A program made the position numbers and the translations under genes. The notes beneath the pieces are model-generated. The model had not been told where the DNA came from. It searched no databases and saw only the letters and a list, made by a program, of their open reading frames with translations. A DNA stretch of 64,000 nt from the NCBI GenBank assembly GCA_951406725.2, contig OX597831.1, forward strand, positions 10,230,001 to 10,294,000, given 5' to 3'. This stretch comes from Octopus vulgaris. Taxonomy: Eukaryota. Positions 55,076-64,000 of the stretch are shown one piece after another. The first letter of the stretch is position 1; each line of letters begins with the position of its first letter.

Positions 55076-56357
55076 TTCGAAACTACTTAAATGAAAAATA
55101 TATAAATATATTAGGGATATAAAGATCTATCCTTCCACCTAAGTCGGTCTATTCTTCTGCATTTCATTTTCATAAAGTCATCATAAATCCACACATATAC
55201 AACTTCGGTTATTCTACCCAATCGCCAGCGAATATTCTTACTACTTCTGTAAAGTGTGATTGAAGTGCACTTTTCAATCTCGTTTTCTTTTCTAAATATT
55301 TTTCGTATAACCTAATTTTATTCATTTATTCCGTTTTGGTTCTCTGTCATTGAACGACAGCTAACGTGAGGCACCACTTTCAGCCGATTTAATAGATTAT
55401 ATCGACACCAGGATTTTTGTCCTGTACTTATTTACTCCAACAAGAAAAACCAGCGTCGACCGAAATATTCGTTTATATTACCATGTTATGTCATATCTAG
55501 ATGTTTATAACCCCCTATACATATCTGCATTTTCACATTTTATGTTGTAATTGCGACTCATTACTTTTTACTATAACTCCTTCTCAACTCACGAAAGTGA
55601 CACGCATTTCTTCTAATTCCTAATTCTGTCCCCATGACATCGTTAAACCCGTCTAAAATTTACGCTAATAATTTGCTTTTATTTTCCTGATTTGCAATCA
55701 GTTTAAGGGCATAAGTGTAAAACGTGATCGATTCCATGCTGAGTATATTTTGATACTGCATGCGGATTACTCACCATGTTCAATACGGCATCATGCAAAT
55801 TACAAAAGGTACAAAGAGGATATACCATATTCAGAGAATCATGAAAATTCCTCTATTGATTTTACTGCGTTCTATTCACCAATTCACTAGTTTTATTTTC
55901 CAATATATAGAAATATCTACTGTCAGTTTTTATATTGCTTTATACTAAATCTATCGAGTTTTTTGCTATAGATATATGAACGGTCATATCACAGGTTTTT
56001 GTATAGATGGCCTTCAATAAAAAATGTGTATGCTCTTTTTATGTTAATAATTGGTCTGTATTTCCTATGCTTTTTCAGCCATATTCATTTTGCAGCCAAT
56101 ATATTATACACTGTCATTTATAAGTCTATGTATACTATCAGTTAGATTTCATAAACAAATGCAAACATAGCCTCAGACATTATTCTGCGGTTAAGAGGCT
56201 TGCTACACAAATATGTAGTTTCGAATTCAATGCCTCTGTCTCAACTCTCGCAATTGTTTTATACTAAAGTCCCCGACCGAACGATGCCTCACGAAGAAAA
56301 TAGTAGTAAATCGAAACTCTGTACAACCTCAGATAATGTATATATCTGTATTCATAT

Positions 56358-56570
56358 GGTGGCGAGGTGGCAGAAACGTTAGCACGCCGGGGGAAATGCT
56401 TAGCGGAATTTCGTCTGTCTTTAGGTACTGAGTTCAAATTCCACCCAGGTGGACTTTGCCTTTCATTCTTCCGAGGTTGCTAAACTAAGTACCAGCTGCG
56501 TACTGGGGTCAATCTAATCGTCTGGCCGCCTCCCTCAAATTTCGGGCCTTGTGCCTAGAGTAGAAAATAA
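56358..56570 (+). mobile_element. tRNA-derived Nin/Deu-like SINE
   Basis: Aligns to 4061-4225, with a different 3' tail. Confidence 0.85.
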
Positions 56571-56635
<65 letters not shown>

Positions 56636-58589
56636 GTATTTTTGTGACTGTTTTGCTGCTGGACATTTCGTGCTGATACTGGTTTAACCTCACAGAGTCG
56701 ATGAACTGAATCCTGGCTGCAGGCAACCCAGCGTGGCTGTATTCCAGTAATTAGCAAGTAAAAGATTATAGAAATATCGTTGACAGGGCAATGCTGGAGC
56801 GTCAGTGAGATTGCTAGAAATAGCAGCCAAACATTCAATACTCACTACACCGTCTCTAAGCACATGGGTCCTCAACATTAAATGGATACAATTTCTAAAG
56901 AATTGCCAAGACTAGATTGCCGGTCTGTTTCAACCACGTATTTACCAAAGATCTGTGTTCTCTATTGGAACCTAGTAACGCTTACAAGACAATAATTCCA
57001 ACAACGACAACAACATTCTTTCGATTTTTGCTTTTTAAGTTGCTCATGTTCGGCAACCACGGAACTGTACTATTTTATTTATTTGCAGAAGAAAGGATTT
57101 TCTTTCCTTAACTAATAAATCCCTTTATACTCTGTCAATACACAAGAATTTCTTGTAACACTGGATTTCAATTCAATATCAGTTATAGCTGTATCTGTTT
57201 GCCTTCGTTGTTCCTCTTCTAGTTAGCACTTCTATTCTGCGCCATTGTTCTACATTCGTCTTCAGTAATCGTTACAGCATCTCCCCCTTTACCTTCTCGT
57301 CGTGTGAGTTTACGTATTTTTTTCCTCAGAAACGTAATAATCGATTTTGCATTGTGTAGAATATGTGAGCAATACTGATTGCATGCTGTTGTTTTTTCTT
57401 TCATTTTTCTGTTTACACTACGTATATTTGTTTAAAATCTTATATAACCATACAGATATTCCTTTGCATTTCTTATTATATTTTCTTTCAAGTATCACAT
57501 ATTTTTGTATTTTACAATTTCAGCTTCTCTTTCTCAATTATATTTATATGCTTACGCAATCAATTGATGCTATCTTCCAACCTTATTCCCTACAATGCTT
57601 CTAGATTGTTGTTCTTATTTACTTCTAGATTTATTCCACATTTTTCACTAACGCAAACCTTTGCAGCTATGATTAATTTAATTGTCCTCGTAATAGTGTC
57701 AGTTCTCGTGCAAAGCAGTGCGCTATTGATTTTACTCGTGATTTCCCTAACCTGTTCGTTGTATATTTCTAATTTGATATTTTTCAGAAATCATTTCTAA
57801 GAAGGTTCTCCATTTTCGTTTCTATTTCTGTATTATTTTTGGCCAATTTACCATTTTTGTTCTTTGATTCCCAATAAATATTTTCCTTTCCTTTCTCTAC
57901 ATACATAAGTATATACATATTTCTTCAGCGGTTAATTCTTTTACATCTTCATTATATTACTTTGAACTTCATTTAGATCCTGATATGATCCAATCTTCAT
58001 TCTTACTCTCTGATAATGGATTGTGTATTGTATTTACTGAAACATAATTGTCTAATCTTCTTTCATTCAACGGATGGAAGAATGCATTTCTGCTTATCTT
58101 GCAAAAGCATTCCTTATAATTGTTCATTAGCTTGCCAGCTAGGAAATTATATTCTATAAAGCTCTGTATATGCTTTAGTCACACTTATAAGTATATTTAT
58201 TTTGCAGTCACAAAATGTTCACAGCGTACGTACTGACTCTGATTTGTGATATGTTGTCATTTAAATGTTAAGCATCGTTTTTACAGACAGCTGTTACATC
58301 CGTGATCCTGAAAATGTGTAGCTGCTCATGTTTCTGCATATATCATGCATAAATCCCCACTTTATATTTATATACCAAAGCAGCAAAGATCAAAATCAGC
58401 AGTAGCTAAGGCGGAAATAAATGTTCCAAATGTATGAGATTTCTTTTCGAAAATATGCTTCTGTTTTCTTTAATACTTTGTCAAAGATCTTATTTAGAAT
58501 CTTAGATGTTTTATGCAAAAAGATAGCTTACAAGTAGCAATCTTATTATCAGTATTTTCATCTTTTCTATTATCATTTCATAGTATTAA

Positions 58590-58797
58590 TTACAAAGTTT
58601 GGCACAACACAAACAAGTTCGGAGGTCGGGTAAGTCGAAGACATCGACACCAGTTCTCAACTAGTTATACTTCATTGAACCGAAAGGATGAGAGGTAAAG
58701 TCGAGCTCGGCGGAATTTAATCTCTGAACGTCCAGCGCGACGAAATAACGCGAAGCACTTTACCCAGGGTGCTAACTATTCTGCCATTTCGCCACCC
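58590..58797 (-). mobile_element. Degenerate Nin/Deu-like SINE
   Basis: CCGAAAGGATGAGAGGTAAAGTCGAGCTCGGCGGAATTT...TTCTGCCATTTCGCCACC. Confidence 0.7.
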
Positions 58798-59258
58798 TTA
58801 TTTTACAATATTAATTTTAAACATAATTACACATTATCAAACATTAAACATTGTTAATATTGAAATACTATTAACATTAAATGAAGCCCAGTTCAATTTA
58901 TTAAGCATTATTATTGAGCATTAACCAAGTAAACCTTCGTTGTAAGCACATTAATCGCAGTATATGGCATTTAACCAAATTCATTGGTAAAATAAATACT
59001 TTCTGTCTAAATTCAGTGTATCGATTTTTAGTTTGGAAAATACATTTTATTTTCTCAACTGCATTAAATACAATTCATGTCAGTGCACATTCATTTACGC
59101 ATTAGTTAGATATCTCAATCTAAATTTGAAGCGTATTCATTTTCAAGTGATTTCCAGAATCATTGAATGGGTCCTTGTTTGATTATGTTCTTGGGATTAT
59201 CTCTGCTCTGGGCAAAGTCGCGATGAGACTATTTGTTCGAAGGTTTACAACCCGAGAA

Positions 59259-59540
59259 CAGTGGTTCCCAATCGTTACAGGCTGTCACCCAATTGGCACC
59301 CAGGCCACATTCATAGCGGCCCCTCACCCTCCTCAATACAAATATAGACCACTTTCGGCAGCAAATTCAAAACAACTGTTTTTCACAAACAAAACTTAAA
59401 CCTACTTAACCTATTAATATTTTTTACCTCTATCACCCCATTTTGATCACCCCATTATCATCTCCCTTTTCTGCAAAACTCCCATTGTTATTTCCACCTC
59501 CCACCCTCAGAGGCAATAGCGCCCACTTTGAGAACCACTG
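59259..59540. mobile_element. hAT (Charlie-like) MITE
   Basis: TIRs CAGTGGTTCCCAA / TTGAGAACCACTG; imperfect 8-bp TSD CCCGAGAA / CCCTAGGA. Confidence 0.8.
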
Positions 59541-60220
59541 CCCTAGGATTACACTAAAGATACTTAGAACTACACCAGTGTTTTCTACCTTGAGATTTAG
59601 GGAGAAAAAAAAAGCAATAACAGCGATCGCGTTCCAGGATGTTTGATTTAAGCAGGACTACCAGAAACATAGTTGAAGGGAAGGCATCATTTTTGATCCC
59701 AAGGATGACCAAATGCTAAGCATATGTAGCAGAACCATCCGATTATTTTACCAGTATCGAAGTCATGCAATATTTGGGGGCTGATGATTTCAGTAGAAAA
59801 CGGGAAAGGCAACACATTGAAATATGAAAGTCGCTTATTTAACACGAAGTGGAGTTCATTACTTTAGACGCTGAATGAAATTTACGATTATTCGTGCCCG
59901 CGCTTGCGCACACACATTCACACACACGCACATATACACACACGCACAGACGCACTCTAACACACATACATACAGGTGCATGCACACACACACTCACACT
60001 CTAACATGTGAACCTACACACATAAGCAAACACACACACATAAAATAAGGGACACACACAGGCAAAATTTGTAGTAGAGGTACTGAATGAATGAACTGAA
60101 AACCCGAAATAAAGTAATAGTAGTAGTAGTAGTACTAGCTGCAGCAGTACTACTATTACTACTATTACTAGTTGTAGTAGAAATATCTTGTCTAGACTTA
60201 TGCAAGATATGTCCCCTGTC

Positions 60221-61737
60221 CATTCATTTCCGGAGTCTCCAAGCAGGATAAACTGCTTGCCAGTATTTTCGCCGGAATAATTTGAACACGCTGGAATATA
60301 TAGACCTCGTTGCAATAATTCGATTTCGGCGGAAAAATTTGACTTCTCCATAACTACTCAAGTAAACATTTTAATCCAATTGTTGTCCGAAAAATGAATA
60401 CTAATTTTTTATTTTCCCTTCGTTAAGAAGGAGATGTGACAATTGTTTTTTTACATTTCATAATGAAACTCCGTTTTCTAATCACTGACAAACTGAACGT
60501 TATCTTACCGTTTCGTAATTCTGCAACAATAATCCTTAAACTGAAAATGTTTCTATTGAAGAATACCTTGTGTATAAACTTTTGCGATCATATATTCTGA
60601 TGAATGTTCGTCCAAATTTGAGGTCGAGAATGTTATAATTCTTGCTGACAATGTTTCCCTGAATAGCTATATTGCTCATTATCAGGTTTTATGTACCTGA
60701 AAACTGTATCCGGTTATTAACAGAGTTTATATATACATAAAATGTGTGGTGATTGATTGTATAATTACACGGAAAGGTGCAAAGCTGCATCTACTTCTGA
60801 ACGCACACACCAACAATACTCAAGAAATTTATTATATTTCTATTTCTTATGGTAAAATAAGGACAATCAGTAAAACTGGTAAAACCGTTTTTCCGTCGCA
60901 CATAAATCATCTTTCGAAAATCTTTCTACAATTATCAATAAGCGCTGTTATTTGGACGCAGAGGGAATTTGAGTTCCAATGGTTACGATATTCATCTAGA
61001 AATTGATGGAGCGATGGATTTTATTGGGTACATTCCGTTGAGTCTTATAATGATTTATCATCTGCTACTCCTAACTAATTTGCAAATGCTTCATTCCGGG
61101 ATTGAAAAATGTCTGAGATGATGAACGGATAGGATTAACTCTAACGCAAAATGCAACAGAGGGATGAGAATCAACGAAATACAGAATCTGTACATTTCTC
61201 ATCAAGGTGATTGAAAAAAATTCCTAGAAAAAAACGTTGGTTACATCACACCGTCAGATTATTGAAGAAATATTAACGTTTTGAATAAATGATTTAATTA
61301 TTCAACTTGTTTAAATTAATATAACAGTTTAAGAATTATTATTGCAAAGGTGCGCATGCGTAAGATAAGGTTCAGTATATCAGTGATTGGAAAGCGGAGT
61401 TTCATTATGAAATTTAAAAAAACAATTGTCACATCTCCTTCTTAACGAAGGGAAAATAAAAATTTAGTATTTACTTTTCGGACAACAGTTGGATTAAAAT
61501 GTTTAACTGATTAGTTATGGAGAAGTCAAATTTTTCCGCCGAAATCGAATTATTGCAACGAGGCCTATATATTCCACCGTTTTCAAATTATTTCGGCAAA
61601 AGTGACTTTGCATTTCATTCTCTTCAGAACGATAAAATAATTACCAGTTGATCACGAGAACCGATATATCTGGCTGGAAACGCTGCCGTAAAAATGCTGG
61701 ACACCAGTTTATCCTTTATGGAAACTCCGGAAATGAA
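60221..61737. mobile_element. Long-inverted-repeat element (arms ~60221-60508 / ~61360-61737), probably a non-autonomous DNA transposon
   Basis: CTCGTTGCAATAATTCGATTTCGGCGGAAAAATTTGACTTCTCCATAACT is mirrored at ~61514-61562; the right arm carries an extra ~100 bp; the core is non-coding. Confidence 0.75.
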
Positions 61738-61795
61738 CGAGTACCACCGAATGCTCTTGTTTTGGCCCTCTACCGGAGAAGACGACCAGATCCGA

Positions 61796-62205
61796 GGACC
61801 TTCGGTTTGAACGGCATTTTTTTATAGCGGTGTCATATGAAATTGTCACCTATAAATATGGCCCTAGTATCGATCTATTGCATTTCAATCTGTTTTAGGG
61901 TTAGGGTTAGAGTTAGAGTTAGTTAGGGTTATTTAGGGTTAGGTAGGGGGGCCCAATTTGTTTCTTAAAAGAGGGACATATCCATACGGTACAGAATGTT
62001 TTCACCTCAATAGACGTCATTGATTGGTTGAAATTGCAGAAATTGAAGAAGAAAATAACAAATATCTTACAAACTATAGAATTTTCTTGATAAAGCCAAG
62101 AGAAAAAGATGTTTTATACACATATTCTACCAGTGTACGAATTTTAAAAGTGTTTAGTTCCGTGGAAATTATTTTAAAAAACTGCCCGTTAAACCGAAAA
62201 GATCC
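61796..62205. mobile_element. MITE with internal (TTAGGG)n-like tract
   Basis: TIRs GGACCTTCGGTTTGAACGGCATTTTTT / AAAAAACTGCCCGTTAAACCGAAAAGATCC; TTAGGG/TTAGAG repeats at 61895-61943. Confidence 0.7.
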
Positions 62206-63019
62206 CAACATAACAATAATAATAGTAATGAAACATTTCATTTTCGATTGATTTATGAAATAGAAAATATTTTGTTTTAAAATCCTAGTCATGTCGCAGC
62301 TTCCTTTTTCCGAATTTAGATTTTGCTTTGACGGAAATTCACTGATTTAAGCAAGTAACGGCGTGGCATATATAGAGTATTTGAATAAGATTTCTATTTT
62401 AATCTTAGTGGTAATCACACCGTTTATACTTTCGATTGCAGGGTATGCATCGCTTGCTTTGCTCTATGTTTCTTGTGACATATAAGATGTGAACGATCCA
62501 GCGCAATAATTAATACCAAATGATGCAGACCAAATACTAAGCTATGCGTTATACGATATTTATAGATAAGCGAAAGCAATTGCGTATGCAGAACCTTCAA
62601 TTAACTGTAGTAAAAGCAGCTCACAAATTCCACCAGAAACACCTTGAGCAATTCAGCTGAACAACGTGAACGCCGAACACTAATTAGTCAGAATACGACG
62701 GGATCGATAGTGACCTGTCACAACGTACACTTGTAATGCAAAGTCATCTGTTATCTCTGAAATAGATTGGCGGTCATCTCAGGTTTTAATGTCAACTGAG
62801 AACTATTAGCCAGAAGAACTTCCATGACAAAAGCTTTAAATTTGGCACAGGAAAATAACTTAACTCTCTCCGAGAAAAATTATCCCAACATAACGAAATC
62901 TACACCAGTCCGGCTTTAAATTCGGAAGCACATTCCGAAATAAATTCCGAAATACATTCTCGAACCGCTATTTCAGTATCCTTTCGGAATACAGTACGGA
63001 AGATATGATAACTAACCGA

Positions 63020-63292
63020 CAGTCCGTCGATTATGACAACAAGCGTTCTAGCTGATCCGATCGACCCATCAGTGGGGGGGCACTCCACGAATACTAGTCC
63101 CATTTACGTAGTTCTCTGAGATTCAGTATGGCACAGATTGTGACAAGAAATACAGTTACAACACATGTTTTCCAGCTGAGTGGACTGGAATAATGCAAAG
63201 CAAAGCGTTTTGCTGAAGGACACAACGCACCGACGGGAATCGAACTCAAGACTATACGAACGTGAGCCGAATATGCTAACCACTTAGCCACA
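63020..63292 (-). mobile_element. Degenerate tRNA SINE (tail shared with 21414-21798)
   Basis: Head TGGCTAAGTGGTTAGC...GAGTTCGATTCCC; tail TCCGTCGATTATGACAAC..TGATCCGATC matches 21424-21464. Confidence 0.7.
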
Positions 63293-64000
63293 AACAACCG
63301 CATTGGAAACTGGTAAATGCACCCGATAAATACATTTCAAATCATAGAAGTCAGAATGAAAGCGATTCTGATCGAAAAAGTTTGCGCGAATTTCATTTTC
63401 CAAGGAATCTAAAGACTTTATTTTTCTCAAATTTCAGTAAAAGATATAATTCTTTTAAACTTAAATACCCAGTCGCACTTTATCGACTTTTCTCAAAATT
63501 CAATGGTGATGACAAACAATTTTTGCGTCGATTATTTTTGAGGCCGACTACAATCCTTAAAAATGAAATAACGAAACAATAACGTTTACGAACCTTTTAC
63601 TGGGCAAGATCAAATAAGAGAAAACAAATTTTTTACCGATGTTAATTTTCAGGATTACGTGTGTAACTTTTATCTTAGACGTGATATCATTTGAAGAAAT
63701 TTAAATGTCATTATCCTTTGAATTTAGCTTCTTTTCTTCAGATAGTAAAGACATTTATTCCCGCTAGAATTTAATATTTTGAAACACACAGTTTTGAGTG
63801 GAGTCCATCCCCAGTAAAATGTTAAAGGAGTTCGATATCATTGAGAAAATTTTATTTTGATACATATTATGCAGACATGGAATGCAAATTCTTTAGTTAA
63901 TAATATTAATCCAAAATTAATTTAATGTGAAGTACATCAACATTACTTCAAAATTTACAAGACATACGATGATAATCAAAATATTTGACATATGAACCAC

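Noticed and set aside
61895-61943. True telomere or chromosome-fusion scar
   Set aside because: Short, degenerate and enclosed by MITE TIRs.

Overview
AT-rich, microsatellite-dense eukaryotic DNA, intronic or intergenic, with no intact gene. The repeat families resemble those I recall from Octopus (coleoid cephalopod) genomes; that assignment is recall, not a search. Almost all short ORFs in the track are microsatellite artefacts. Protein-coding relics: a 5'-truncated Penelope-like element (PLE; RT + GIY-YIG) bracketed by ~600-bp inverted terminal repeats and a 13-bp TSD, an older PLE GIY-YIG relic, several R4/Dong-type retrotransposon pieces in (TAA)n arrays, a Hero-like non-LTR fragment and a Tc1/mariner 5' end. 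Non-coding elements include many tRNA-derived SINEs, MITEs and long inverted repeats. The most notable signal is a set of about 10 minimal type-I hammerhead-ribozyme motifs from roughly six distinct sequence families. Several lie in inverted tail duplications in or beside microsatellites, and one belongs to a tRNA-headed (SINE-like) element with a hammerhead tail. Together they suggest non-autonomous ribozyme retroelements mobilised by Penelope machinery. A chain of small candidate + strand exons is noted at low confidence.
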